DNA from: the human T2T-CHM13v2.0 reference genome, Homo sapiens
DNA: 64,000 bases
Assembly: GCF_009914755.1 (NCBI RefSeq)
Contig: NC_060939.1
Strand: one strand, 5' to 3'
The translations under genes were made by a program, and so were the position numbers. The notes beneath the pieces were generated by a model, which worked only from the letters and a program-made list of their open reading frames with translations, searched no databases and was not told where the DNA came from. Position 1 is the first letter of the stretch, and each line of letters begins with the position of its first letter. Below, piece after piece: positions 25,333 to 39,850 of this stretch.

Positions 25333-28300
25333 AACTGTCTACCACCTGCTCCTGGGAACAAGAAGAGAGATTAGAGTCTGACCAGCAACCCTGATTTATT
25401 CTTACTCTTCAGGCTCCTGATTTCAGTAACTGTGGTGAACATGAATGTCAGGATCTAGTGTACATGTAGCTCATGAACACAACCACTGAAAGGCAGAAGA
25501 TGTATAGCTATGAGAGTGGTGGAAGACGGATTTTTATTAGTAGGGGAGCTGCCTACCTGATGTCATAACCATGTCACATTATAGGTCAATGTCAACTCAC
25601 TGTGGCGTTTGTCTTCCTCTTGTTGATCAGGGGGTTCTGAGACTACTACTTTCGTCTGGTTTTTGTAGTAACAATATTTTCCTCATTGGGTGTGTATCCC
25701 TTATCCTTCCTCTCTTCCTTTGGTCTAAATCTTCCCATTTTGACTCCAGCTGATAATCTCAACTTTCATTTACCTCCCTCCTGAGCACATCGAATGTGTT
25801 TATGTTGTTGTTTCTACTACTGTGGGTCCTGCTTGATGGCATCTAGCTCCCAGTGGATTTTTCAATAGCCACAATTATGGAAAGAAATCCAGGGAGGAAT
25901 CCCCAATGGTCTTTTTTTAAGTTTTCTTGGGGAAATTCTTAGAGCATCTATCTACTTCAAGACAGGAGGCAGTGTGCCTCATTATAGACAAGTACACTCA
26001 CCTGTGATATTTTATGTTGGAAGAAAATTTCTCAAAGAGTGAACAAAAGGTCTGAGCAAAATATGTCTTGAAGTCCTTGTTTGAACTTGAAATGGGGAGG
26101 GAATGCCAATTAGGAGAGACAAAGTGTGGGGTCAACTCTAGAATCTATTGAGAGAAAATTTGAGCCTAGCTTTGTAAGTTTTCCTTTTGTTTCTCGATTT
26201 TGTATTACATTTCTGTTAAGACACTTGACACTATAAGCCTGGATGAATTTCTCTTATAGTTGATTCCACTTCTCTGTAACTCAGGCCCTACTGGCAAGAT
26301 ATTATTTGTTGATTGTTGTTTTAGAAATATACAGAATCCTTCTATAAGAATGAATAAGACATTTCTTAGAATTCTGAAAATTTGATAAGTACAGAAGATA
26401 TGAAAAAATTCCAATTTTAATTAAGATTATAAAACACTAGATATGGTTTTTAAAAATTATACAGTACCAAGAAAGTACTTATTAAAGTAGTTACACTTTC
26501 TGGATGTCTGTTTTTCAATTGCTTCTCAGTTCAGTCACATATTGCCTCACTTTTCATTGTGAACTTAATCTCTTAGTTCAGTTATGTAAAACTCTTAGAG
26601 GACAGATATTTACTGTACTACTTAACATCAGATGAAACTGGACCAAAAAGCAAAGCCTGTTATATGTTAATGCAAATAAATTTGTTACTATATGTCTGTG
26701 AAAGTGAGTGATAAAACCAACCAATCTGAAATGTAGTGGAAAGACACTCTGAGATCCTATTTATCAGGAATTCAAACATTAATGAACAATTAACTAATTT
26801 ATGGTAGTAGCTTTAGAATAAGGGTAAATATAATAGATATTTACAGGTGAGGATACTACTTATAGATTGGCTTACCTTTGTCTGCAATATTGCACGATAA
26901 GATACACATTATAATGTCATGAGAGATTCTTAAGATTTCTCTTTAGTGTTTTCTACAGTATAAAATATTAAACTATGTTTAGCATAATTTGTCTTCATTT
27001 CACTTCCTAATTATTTGGAATTGATAAACAGATATTTTAGATAAATAGGCATTTCTTGGTTGGTTAAATAACACATTGTTAGTGATGAGGAATGGCTGTC
27101 TGGGTAATTCAAATTTTATTTTATTTAGCTTGGGAGGTAGTAGAAATTATTGGGAAAGTAAGTTAACCTCCTATATGGATTATTTGCCTTGGGAGAAATA
27201 GGCCTGGATCCTAACCCATAATCTTGCCAGAGGAAAACAATTGGTTTTAAAGAGGAACAGAAAAGAGATTGCAGTGACACAAAATCCATCACTTCCTCCA
27301 GAATAGCAATTCAAAGCCATCATCCTACAGAAAGGAAAGTAGAACATCAGTTCTAAACATGAAAGACAGGCTTTTTGTTGTTGTTGTTGTTGTTTAATAT
27401 TCTGCAGCACTAGCAGGCTTATCTTAGTTACCTTTTGCTTACAGTACTTCTGCAATTCATTTGCAAAAATGTCCTGAGGACTCAGCAATTGGCTCTGAAA
27501 GAAGATGGGGTGGGACTGTCATGGACAACAGCAGATAGCCAAGCTTGGGTTTGAAACATGCGCACAAAATTCAGTGTAGCAATCCCAGTGCACTGATGTG
27601 ACTGCGTTTACATTTTCTGTTCTTGCTGTGTGCCTTAGGCTATCTGAAGGATGTCTCTGTTCTTTCCTGATTGAGAGATATATTTCCTGTCTCAAGTTGC
27701 TGCTTTTGCCCTAATTAAACTATCTATAAAACATTTGGCATCTAGGGAGTTTCTTCTGGGTTAATTACAGAACTGTGAGCAGCTTTTGCAGGAGAAATGA
27801 AGTTCAGTTTCAGACGAGATGGGTTTGTGTGAGTTTAATGTGTGGTTACCTGTGCAGAGGCCTAAAGGTTTGACTTTCCCAATACTTCTCTCCCTCACCA
27901 TCCAGGCTGGTCTGAATTTCTAGTGCCTGTATCTGGCTTCTCTTCTATTTTCACTAGCCTGTGAGTTCCTTGAGGGCAAGTCTTATGCTATTGTTCTCTT
28001 CACTGCAAAACTAGTAGAATGCTTACATATTTTAGGTATGGGAGCAGGAGGGAAGGAAGAAACCCTGGTGAATTAAAATGGTTCTGATGAGATACAATAC
28101 AGCAGTTTCCTATGTTTGACATTATTAATACAAAAAATAGTTCTTACATAATTTTCTTGATATTTGAAAGAAGAGGGGATGATATGTATTATTATTGGTC
28201 AGGGAGAATATTCCAGACAAAATGCTTATGGGACATAAAAAAATAACAAAATTGTTGTGAGTAGAGAGCAGGAGGCTGTTTTTGTTATTTAAGAAGCCTT

Positions 28301-28639
28301 TGGGTACTTTGCTAGGTTGCACAGAAGAAATGTGAAGATGAATCCAAAAGGATCTACCATCACAAGCTCTTGCATCTTTTGGGGGAAGGAAATATGAATA
28401 CAGAATTATAAGATTTAGTATTGCAACAGGAATGGTCTGCTAGGGAGGATTTGAAAGTACATTCTTTCCAAGCAAAGAGGTAAAGAGATATCTTGGGTTA
28501 GAACAGAGAAAAGTATAGTAAGGGGCAAGGCTATTGTTGGGTCTGAATTTCATGAAGTGGACATCAAAGAGTCACTTCTTGCTGCAGGGAAAATCTACTG
28601 TTTGTTGAAATTGCTCACTTTCCAAACACTCTGTTCATT

Positions 28640-28755
28640 CCATTCTTAGAGGGCAGGGTCTGTTGCTGTTTGGCTCACCATTGTGTTTCTCAAACCTAGT
28701 ATAGCTCACAATATGAAGCTGGTGCCCAGTAAATATTTATTGTGTGAATGAATAA
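28640..28755 (+). mobile_element. L2 3' end
   Basis: gagggcagggtctgt...cagtaaatatttattgtgtgaatgaat terminal repeat. Confidence 0.6.
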
Positions 28756-30539
28756 AGTGTCGGTATCTCCATATTGTCAGTATTTTTAAAGCTTTTGAAT
28801 TCAAATCCAGGTTTCTAGCTAGCTAGATTCCCCTTGAATATATCTTTCACTTCTTCATCGTCATCAGTAATCTACTCTGTGTTGACTACCATGCAGGTAG
28901 TGGGCTCATAAAAGATTCTTTTAAATAGATGCCATGCTTGGTGTGAGTAAAACAGTACAGAGGAAATTGAGCTGTCTCTCTAATGTCAGCATACGGGTCA
29001 ATATTTTTGAATTTGTTAAATAGATACCTCCCTTCCAAATTGTGATCAAATATTTCTCATCTAGACACTGTATCTCAATTGCATTTATCGATGAAGGCAA
29101 GGTTATGCAACCTCAATTACAGTCCTGGAAAGCTGTCAACAAAATCTGATTAACAAGCACTGCTTAATTGTTAAAAAAAAAAAATGTAGGCAATGTTTCT
29201 TGGCTTCTGCCTGAAATCATAGCCTGGTAGGAAATTCGTGGATTTAAAAAAAAAAAGAAAAAATATTAATCCAAACAGTTCCTGAAGACACCACAGCAGG
29301 GCAGTGGCCTTAATTAAAACTATAACTCCTCTTGTTTTACCTATTTTGCCATTAAATCTATTTCTTCTTTGGCAAATGTAGGATATTTCTGTTTTGTTTA
29401 TTATGCCACGTAAAACATGTTTTCTTTTTTTATTCTCAGATATACAAATAGCCAAATAGAATAATATCTGCAAGTTAACCGTAATTTTAAATTCTCCAGG
29501 GAACGAGCTTTTTGTTTTCAGGAAAATTGTGCTAAATGCCTTTGTAAAGCAGTACTCATCTTGATTTACCTGTTTTTGAAAATATGAACTTATTTATACT
29601 AATGTATAATTGCACTTTTCTTGGAGACAGCAGCCAGCATGGCTACTCTGACAGCTGCTTTAAAAGGGGGCTAATCCTAAGTGCTGACAGGTAGCACTGC
29701 AATAGTTCGGCATCTCAGAGTTTGGAGATCTCTGACACTGTCATGATAAGGAAACCAGAGGAAAAAATGGGTGAAGAGTCTGACATGATTCCATATTTAT
29801 GTTTCTTCCTGTGACCCTGTCCATTATTCCTAAGCAGGTTAAAGGACAAGGCTTACTTACTTGAGGCAAAATTCATAAAGGGAGAAAAGGTCAGCTTGTC
29901 CAAAAGCTAAACGGGCCATGATAACCAGGAGTTTCTCTGCTGAATCTTGGATAGGCTTGCCTTCTCACTGAAAGAGAGATAGATATGTTTACCCTATTAA
30001 AACATACTCTCTTAAAGACTCTCTTAAAGGACTTTAAAAAATATATACCTGTTTTTGTCCCATTCTCTTATTCAGGACTCTTTGAATTATCCCAAACATG
30101 CAGATAATTATTCCATGTATCAATGGGATCATCGATGAAGAAGAGATTATGAGTGAAAAATGAATACAGAATTATAAAGCTTTCAAAAAACCCAGCAAAG
30201 TTTAGGAAGATTAAATGCAAAGTGAGAATGAAGGGGCTCTTCTGTCTTGCCCTCTGCTAGCCAAGAAATTGGTGATGCACCTCTAGCTTCAATTGACCTA
30301 TTTGTATCTGTATATGAAGGACATATTGGAGTTACACTGAAGTGCTGTATAATAAAATTTTAAAATCTTTTGTTTTTACTTTTATTTTTCGGTAGTGATA
30401 GATGCACAGATCTTTCCTATCTCAAACCCCCTTCCAAAACCTAAAAAATTTCTTTATACTTTCGCTTTTATAGTTTAAGTGGATTCAAGTTTCCCTGCTA
30501 GTAAAGCTTGAACCTCTAGAGCCATCTTGCCACTTTGTT

Positions 30540-32972
30540 CATTTACAATCAAATTGGACCAGGGTTATGAAGCATTTCCTCAGTGGCTTAACTGGGTGAC
30601 GATGTATTTCTCCTTGTCCCTATCATGTAATTTCAGCCCTACATTCTCTTAAGGGCCAGAGTCAATTCCTCCTGCCAAGTCTAAAGTGGCCAGGTGGCAA
30701 CCATATGTTAAAAACCATATGATTTATCCACCTTGTCTCCTGATAGAAGGAGACCCCCTCTGGTAACTAGGTCCTATATAATGACAGAGAACGAAGTTGT
30801 AGGGATGGGGAGTACAAATACTCCAGTGGAACACTGAGAGTGGTAATAAGTAGGGCCACACCTACTTCCATTCCTTGGTTCCCAGACTCATGTATTTTAT
30901 CTACTGGGGGCACAGTACCATGGGATAGTCATGAATTTAGGGTATATACTGCTTTCTGAATTATGAGACTTCTTTCTATTAGGGTATCATTTATAACCTG
31001 GTACTTGAAATATGCCTTAGAAGGGTATATATATGTATATGCAGATTGGAATTCTCTGGGCTTTGTTGTGATAGGAATAGTAGAGGAGTCTATAAGGTTA
31101 AATTGTAAATGGTGTGTACTTCCATGGGTCCAATGCTGCATCTCCACTAAGATGAAGTAGACCGCTTGGTCTAAAATTATGTGGGTGGGAAAGGTAAACA
31201 TATCAAAAATCATGTCGATTCTAATTAAAATAAAACATTGTTCTTTCTAGAGCAGAAAAAGTCCAATGTGATCAATCTTTACCAAGTGGCTGGTCCATCT
31301 TCTTGAAAGCTGTTGTATCCGGTGCTCAACCTTTGTCTCAGCTGCTGGCAGATTGGGTATTTGGCAGCAGCAGCACCTAGATCAGACTTGGTGAATCTTA
31401 CTGGGAAGGCTGTCCTCAACCTTCTAATCATCCATTATTTCTTTTGCTTGTATAAATTAAACAATCTCTGTGGAGCAGTGTGCATCTTCTTGCCTCTAGG
31501 AACTGCATTCTATTAGCCATCTCCATAGCTCTAAGTTAGGCCTCCATGGCTGCCACTCCAATGTTGCAACTTATTATGGTAATTGCATCCACATTGTTTC
31601 TGATAGTTAAACACTACTACCTAACCTCAATTGTTTTTGGTATCCTATTATTGCCCTTGTTATCAGAGCCTAGTCCTGTAACGTACCTGATATATAGATG
31701 ATAGGTATCACTGAGATACTCAACAATGTTGTTCAGAATCTCACAATGACCTTACTTATCTCACTGGTGAATGGTGTGTACTCCCATGGAATATTCTTGG
31801 CTGATAGGTTTTCTGGCATTATATAGTATATTCACTCTAGTACATCTACTTCTCTGAGACTTATTATCCCTTTCTCTACCGTTTTCCATACTATTTCTTA
31901 GTGCAGACCATGAATTTTCAACCTTTTAAGAATGACTCTCGTTTTGTGTTAACATGCCTCCTATGGGTCCTTGCCAGGTGTTAAATTTAATATCACTGGA
32001 GAAGGAATGTATCCCATAATGATACATTCTCCTCTGTTTAACCTCGTATACCTCTCCATTGATGTAGCACTGACTGAATCCAGTCCATATGTGCTTTCCC
32101 AATTCCTACTTGTGCATACCTATTGGTGAGGTCTTACAGCTTCTTCAATATATAGCCTTTCTCCTCTCTTAACAGACCCTGCCATTTCTCAGCTGGAGAA
32201 TGCTATGACTTTACTCTAGTTGTTGGTCTGGAGGTCCAGGAGGTTGTTTGTGGTAGATCTTCATGGTGGATGCAAAGATTTTCCTACAAGTAAGAAGCCT
32301 CCATATTGTCTTCAAGCAAGGATGAAGTGCTAGCCCCAACAAGAAGGAGAGGGTGACTTTTGCAATCTTAGAGGATTCAGGAGAATCTAGGGATCCAAGA
32401 GTTTCAGATGAATTAACCCAGATGTCCTATCCCGTGACTCACAGTCCTGTTTTTCCTAAGGCCTTGGCCTTGGCAAATCCAACCTGCCCAAGCTGAGAAT
32501 TCAACCTTCTCTAGAGATTTATAACTCTTATGATTAATTCCTGGACCTGGTGCTCAGCTTTTTCTGAATCTGTGGCAAGAGGGAAGAATCTATATGGTGA
32601 CATTGGAGGTCTGTTGTCTTTCAAGTCAGCTTTACATTAGTAATTAATCACTCTTCACTTTTGTTGTCTTTCTGTACTGCATCAAGAGGCCCTAGCAACA
32701 GTTACTGTATTCCAGAGTATGAATCACTTCTTCCCCTGAACCTCTCAAATACCTGAGATAGAGTATGTATGCACTAATTCATTCCCTTCTACTGATATCC
32801 CATCCCAGTCTACTGCCAGTGAAAACGTTAACAATCACACTGCTATAATACACCACGGACTATCCATTTTCTACATAGCATCAGTGATTAAGTCCTCATT
32901 TCTAGTCTAACTGAGGACATAGATAAAATATCTTATCTGGAGTCACTTCCTCAGTGCTTCCTTGCTATCAAT
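30540..32972 (-). mobile_element. Degenerate ERVL-class internal region (gag/pro; HERVL40-int-like)
   Basis: Reverse complement shows ERVL gag-type motifs (gaaaaagctgagcaccagg.ccagga, agaaggttgaattctcagc, ccagaccaacaactagagtaaagtc, gagtacacaccattcacc); decayed PBS next to the LTR; no long ORF. Confidence 0.6.
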
Positions 32973-33351
32973 TTTCTTAGGTCAGATTCCCAGGGAAGTA
33001 GGCTATGAGACAGAGAAATATACGCTGAACTTCTTTTGGATTAGGTAGAGGGAAAAGCTGAGCTGCAATGCATTTGCAATAGAGTCTTTGACCAATCTCA
33101 CAGGAAACTCTGATGCCAATATGGTCCCTGTATTAAAGCAAGGGGTTCAAGCAATTGAACTCCCACATCCATTAGTCATTGGATGTATAAAGCAGCAGAA
33201 GAGAGAGAATGAGCACTTGACCGTGAACCTCTCTCAGGGAGTGAGTCAACTATGAACTCTTGGCAGCCAACATAACATTTTTGAAAGTTGAAGGGATGAG
33301 TGACTTAGTCCTGAAGGGGGTATCTGTGTGGCACGTTATGGCTGTGCCACA
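32973..33351 (-). mobile_element. ERVL LTR (LTR40-like), 5' LTR of the adjacent provirus
   Basis: Reverse complement begins TGTGGC...cagatacccccttcaggactaagtcactcat...gttggctgcc and ends gggaatctgacctaaga. Confidence 0.6.
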
Positions 33352-36309
33352 TCATGTCTTTCCATTCATTCTGAGAGAAGGTGAGGATGGGAGGCTGGAA
33401 TGCAAAGATTATGGTTGGCATTACATTGACTTGAGTATCAGGGATATTCAGAAAGTGTATGCACTGTGGGGTACCTCTTCCATGTCCTTCTTCCTCCAAA
33501 GACACAAAAGTTTACTCAGAGGATATTCTAATTGTTATTGTTGTTGTGTTTTTTTAATCTGCAACGTTTTAGAAAATAGCAGATTGTGGTCCCACGATCT
33601 GTGGTGTCAAAGATAGTCTCTCTAATTTCCTACAACATTCTTCTGGGTCTTTGCTTTATAGCTGTAGTCAAGGCCTCAATAATGGTCTAGGCTATGTAAG
33701 GGGAATGGACAAACACAGGTATAATTGGGGCCCTATTCTTAATGTAGTTTTATTGAAGAGAGAGATTTTACCTTCCTTTGTGAGAAGAAGCTTTTGATGG
33801 ATAGACATTGTATATTTTTACCCCTGTGCTTATTATAGGTATAAAAAATTTCATATTACCTTCTTAATTTCTTCCTATTATTTCAATTACACCAATACTT
33901 GGACTTGCTATAGATCAAGTTATTAGCTGTATCTTTTGTGATTATTTATTCTCAGAGCTTGCTGATACTAAGCATGTTTTAGTTTTAAACAGAAGAGACG
34001 TTACACGTATAATTTGGTATCCCACAATAAGAATATCAAATTTTTAAAGAACTGGACTTGGTATTTAAATTCCTTACTGGCAGCATGTATTACCTATACT
34101 TATATGGAACGTACTCTATCTTTGCAGAAAACTTTAAAAGATGTCTTGCTATCAGGTATTTTGAAATAATTTATTTATGGATTTACTTAAAGAGCACCTT
34201 AAGATACAGGAAAATGAAATTGCAGCTCTCTTTAGTGTGATGCTAATTTAAATTTTAATTATAAATGCCACACCCATTTCACTTGAGTGCCTTGAAGCAT
34301 AAGTAATGGGCTTTTATCCAAGAATTAGAATCAAATGAAGTTCCATTGTGTGAAGAGAATCACACTAGATCAAATACTCTAAAGAGGAAAAGAGGGGAGG
34401 ATTCTAATTCTGTAAGCATCTATGTTCTAGTCTGTTTTCTCCCAGTGCAACATTCATTAAAACTTAAAATTCTTACTTTTACTACAAAAGAAGGATGAAT
34501 TTAGAGTTTTGCACAATTAATGAAGGGAGAACAGCTTGGAAGCCATGTCAATAGTCAAGTGTAAATCTGTGTGGTGAGGATTAATTGAATGTGTTTTTTA
34601 ATGTGTATAGTATAGTGTCTGAAATATTGCAGAACTTATATAAAAATGTTTAATATTTTTAGTATTTTTAAAATAAAAAAACAAGATAATGACCTCAAGG
34701 GAACACTGATGAGGGCCTGAACTAAGGTGGTAGCTCTGGGAATGGAAAAGAGGTAGGAGGTATGGGAATGAGAGAAATTGTGAAGTTAAGGTTCATAAGA
34801 TTTAGAAACTGGTTAGAGATGTGTGACAAAAAGATGGAGGAATGAAGGGTGAACCTGGATGTCCAGTGTGTATAATTAGGATAATATTGCTTTTGTATAT
34901 AAATATTCTATGAGAAACTGAGGTGACATTATAGTTCATGCATGAAGATAAATTTGAAAATATTAAATTTGAGATGTTAATGGTTATATAGACCCAACTG
35001 GTCAACAAACAAATAGGAATTAATGCAAAGAATAGAAGATAGATGCAGACATATTGATTTGGTAGTTAGAAGAAAGGGGAAAAAAAGTCTGAAAAGAGCA
35101 GAGGGGCCAGTAAAGGACTTTGTTAGGGCTTCTTTGTAAAGAAGGAAACCTACTTAAATTGGTATCTTACTACCCTTCAGATAAAACTCTCATTAGCCCC
35201 AGTCTTCAACCTAGAAATCAATCAGAAAAAAAGGCAGCCCCTCCCTCTGGGGCCATCTGGTCTCTTATTTCCCCTCTTGTTCCTCTTGTCTACATTCTTT
35301 GCCCACCCACCCCACCCCCCTGAAAGTTTTTTCAATGTTCAACTTTTACAAGGTTTATACTTGACTGCTTAAGTAAAAACTTTGTCACTTTCTTGTTGAA
35401 ATGCCTACAAAGGCCTGATGAAAGACTTCATGTTCTCTCTCAAGTTCCCAAGAGAGAAACTTTCTGGACGAGTCTTAATCATGTGACCACCCAGATAGAA
35501 GTAGCTGTGGTCAGAGAGAGGCTCCAGCAGGTCCCATTGTCGTGGAAGTAAATAGACTGATTTAAAGAATGCCAAGTAGTTAATGGTTTCAGATGCAGTG
35601 ATAGGTTGGAGAAGATTAAGATTTTATACAAATACTTTTTATGCCCAATAAAAGAGAAATTTCAGTAGAGTACTGAGGCTGGAACTGGATGGTGAGAGGT
35701 TGGAGATGAAAGGACTCGTGGAGAAGTAGAGAGAGAGAGGTTTCCATGATGCTTTTCAAGAGTTAGGTGGGAGGTGCAGTAGCTGGAGGAGGTAATGCTA
35801 TGGAAGGACGGCCGAAGGCTCTTGTTCATTTGTTTGTTTTTTGTTTACAACATGGAAGATATAAATATGCTTATTGCTTAGGCTGGGTGGACCAGTAGGG
35901 AAAAGAGACTGAAGATGTGAGCAAAAGGAGAGATAACATTCCTAGAGGTGGTGAGAAGTGATTCCATTAAGAGAACAGGAAGAGATGTGATCCTTGGAAA
36001 GGAAGAATTCTTGCATATTAGAGATGTACAGCAAACATACAGTACTGAAACACGTATCTTTTTGAATACTTATTGTAATTTTGTTCCAATTGTGTGACAG
36101 TGAAGCTTTGGACAACTTCAGTTCGTCTTTAATCAAGAAGACGTTTCTGTATCAGGTAGAGGATTTCCAAGCAGGTTTAAGAGGTGAGGCCTGGTCTTTG
36201 TGGTAAAGATTAATGTCAGAAGAACCTTTTATTTCTTTAACACACTGCTTAGGCCCTTATGTCTTTGATTGCAGGGTTGAACCACTTTTTCTGTATATAT
36301 TCGTATTTT

Positions 36310-39300
36310 ATTATTTAGATATTTTTATTGGAGTACAATTTACAGTGAAGTGCATATATTTTAAGCTTACAATTAAAAGAATTTTTAAAAATGAAAACAC
36401 TTAACCACTCTAAGATATAGAGCATTTCTATCACCCTAGAAAGCTTTCTCATATCCCCTTCAAGTCAATCTCCACTCTTCATAGCCAACCGTGTTTCAGA
36501 TTTTGATTATCATAAATTATTCTTGCTTTGAACTTAATATACATAAAATCATAGAGTATGTATTCTTTTGTGCCTGGTTTATTTTGCTCAGCATAATGTT
36601 TATGAATGTCACATGCAGTAGTGGTTCATTATTCAAATATACCATAATTTGTATATTCATTCTCCTGATGGGTTTTTTTTTTTCATTTTTTGGCTATTAT
36701 GAAAAAAGCTATCAGAAAAAATCTTATACACATTTGTTTGTGAAAATATGTTTATTTCTCATGGGTGAGTACTTAAGAATAAAGTTACTGAATCATAGGG
36801 TGCATGTAGGCTTAACTTTGTAAGAAATTAGCCATTCCTAAGGTGATTTTATTTTACATTGTCCTCTGCAATGTATAAAAGTTTCAGTTGCTCCATATCC
36901 CTTCCATCATTTGGTGTAACCAGTCTTTAGAAATTTTAGCCATTTTCATCTGTATGAAATGATATCTCATTTTGATGTTTTTATTTGTATTTTCTTTATA
37001 ATTAATGCTGTAGAGTACAGTTTTATGTGCTTATTCGTCATTTGAACACCTTCCTTGGTGAAGTGTTTATTCAAGTCTTTTGACCTTTTTTGTTTATATT
37101 GTATTTTTATTGTTAATTTTTTGGGTTGGTGTGTGTGCATGCATGTGAGTGTGATACAAATCAGATGTGTGCATTGCAAAGTCAATCTGTGACTTGCCTT
37201 CTTATTTTGTTAATGGTTTTCAAAGAAGACAAGTTTTTAATTTTGATGAATTCCAAGTTATCAAATTTCTGTTTTATATTTAGTGCTTATTTATACTTCT
37301 AAGAAATTTTTCTATACCTTTAGTTTGCGTTAACATTCTTTTATATGTTATACTCACAGCATTACAATTTTAGTTCAGCTGAAATTAATTCTGTATGCAG
37401 AATTATCTACTTTTCTTGTGTTTATAAAATTGTTCCAGGATCATTTATTGAAAATATCCTAATTGAATTTTTTGTACCTTTGTAAAAATTAAAGTTATCT
37501 ATACACATGTGTCTATTTCTGGACTTTCTTCTATTCCAATTATTTCTTTTCTCTAGTTATATCAGTATCACTACTACTGCAGCTGTTAGTAAATTTTGAA
37601 ATTAGGTAGTGTTAATCCTCCAATATTGTTTTATTTTATTTTATTATTATTATTTTCTTTTTGAGACCATCTCACTCTGTTGCCCAGGCTGCAGTGAAGT
37701 GGCACAATCTTGGCTCACTGCAACCTCCACCAGCCAGGCCCAAGCTATCCTCCCACCTCAGCCTCCCTAGTAGATGGGACTACAGGTGTGCGCCACCATG
37801 ACCAGCTAATTTTTGTATTCTTTGTAGAGACAAGGTTTCGTCATGTTGCCCAGGCTGGTCTAGAATTCCTGGGCTTAAGTGATCTTCCTACTTTGGCCTC
37901 CCAAAGTGCTAGGATTACAGGTATGAGCCACCACTCCTGGCCCAATCTTGTTCTTTTTATAGAGTGTTTTAAGTATTCTAGAATCTTTCCATTTCCATAT
38001 ACATTTTAGCATTTTATTTCCAAATTCTCAAAACCAAATATACTGGGATTTTGTTGTGGTCTATTAAATCTATAGATCACTTTGGGGAGAACTGATATAT
38101 TAACGTTGAATTTTTCAACTTATGATCATATATTATCTCTTTAGTTATGCCTTAATTTCTTTCAGCAATATTTGTAGTATTCAGGAAAATATGTCGGTAA
38201 ATTTTTTCTAAAAATTTTATGATTTTGATGTTATAATTGATTTTTTATCTTATTTTTCAATTTTTTACTGCTAGTAGTGAGAAACATAATTTATCTATAC
38301 TGAGCTTATGTTCTGTGAGCTTGCCAAATTTAGTTTTCAGCTTTTATACTTATTTTGAAGATTCCTTAAGATTTTCACATAAATACTCATGTCAACTGTG
38401 GAAAAATGCAATTTAATTTTTTTCCTTTCTAATACTTTTGATTTCATTGTTTTGCCTTATTGACCTATCTAAATCCTCCAATTCAATGTTAAATACAGGT
38501 GGTGAGAGTGGATATACCAAGCTTAATCCCTATCTAAGAGAAAGCATTAAATATTTTGCCTTCAATTATAAGCTCATATGTAGATTTTGATTTTATTAGA
38601 TTGATGATGTTTTCTTCTATTTTGCTAAGAAATGTTTTATGGCATAAATGGGTGTTGAATTTTGTTAGGTGCCTTTTTTTTCTTTACATGTACATAAGTG
38701 ATTATATGCTATTTTTCTCCCTTTTTTAATGTGTTCAATTGCATGACTGATTTTCAAAAATTAAATCAGCCTTACATTCCTGGAATAATTATGCTTGATC
38801 GTGATCTATTAATCTTTTTACACATTTCTATATTTTATTTGCTAATGTTTTGTTAAACATTTTTCATCTACGTTCATGAGGGATACTAATCTGAATTTTT
38901 TCTTCTCTTGTAACATTTTTGTCAAGTTTTGAAATCATGGTTTTGTGGCCAAATAAAGCAATTGGACAGTGTTCTTTCCTCTTTTCTGAAAGAGTTTGTT
39001 TCAAATTAACACATTTTTCCTTAAAGGTTTCTAGAATCCTCTAGTTTAAAAATTCCGCCTGGAGCTTTCTTTATGGAAGATATTTGATTACATATGTATA
39101 TGTAAGATATCTATATATATAAATCTATTCTCTCATACATATAAAATATACATAAGATATATATACATAGAGAAAAATTCTTCCTTAGTTTTTATAATAT
39201 GTGGTTTTGAAGGAATTGATATATTTTATCCATTACTGAATTTATTGACATAAAGTTTGTACAATATTCTCATTGTCGGTTTAATATCTGTATGATTTGT

Positions 39301-39850
39301 ACTTATATTCTGTCTTTCAGTTCTGATATTGGTAATTTGTATTTCTTATTTTCTTCATCAATTTTTATTACCTATTTGTTAACTTCTGGGTTTTTGTCAT
39401 TGACTTCTTCTCTTATTTTTGTTATTTTCTTCATTCCACTTGCTATGTATTTAATTTGCTCTTTTTTTGACAGCTTCTAAAGGTGAAATTTAGATGATAG
39501 ATTCTTAGATTATTTAAACCTATAAATTCATGTTTAAGCACTGCCTTTAGCTGTGTCCCATACATTTTGGTATGTTGTTTTTTTAAATTATTCATTTCAA
39601 AATATTTCAGTTTTGGGGGGTTTTGACCCATGGATTATTTAGAAGAATGTTGTTTAACTTTAAAAGATAGCTGTGGAGATGGAGTGTTTATAGATATTTC
39701 ATTCTTATTGTTTTTTAAATGTCTTTTATTATGGTCACGATATATGCTCTGTAAGATGTTAGTCTTTTGAAATATTTGAGGCTTATTTCAAGGACCAGTA
39801 TGTGTCTTGGTTAGTGAGCTCTGTGCATATGAATAAAGCATATCTCTTCT
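36310..39850 (-). mobile_element. Ancient L1M (L1ME-like) 3'UTR + ORF2 remnants
   Basis: T-rich antisense L1 text (gtgaagtgtttattcaagtcttttg, ttttaattttgatgaa, aaatgggtgttgaattttg, gctgtgtcccatacattttggtatgttg). Confidence 0.75.
37631..37942 (-). mobile_element. AluJ inserted in the L1M
   Basis: J-type cctgggcttaagtgatcttcc, atcctcccacctcagcc; degenerate TSD caatattgtt/caatcttgtt. Confidence 0.88.

Noticed and set aside
39085-39170. AT-alternating low-complexity tract
   Set aside because: Degenerate (TA)n microsatellite within an old L1; unremarkable.
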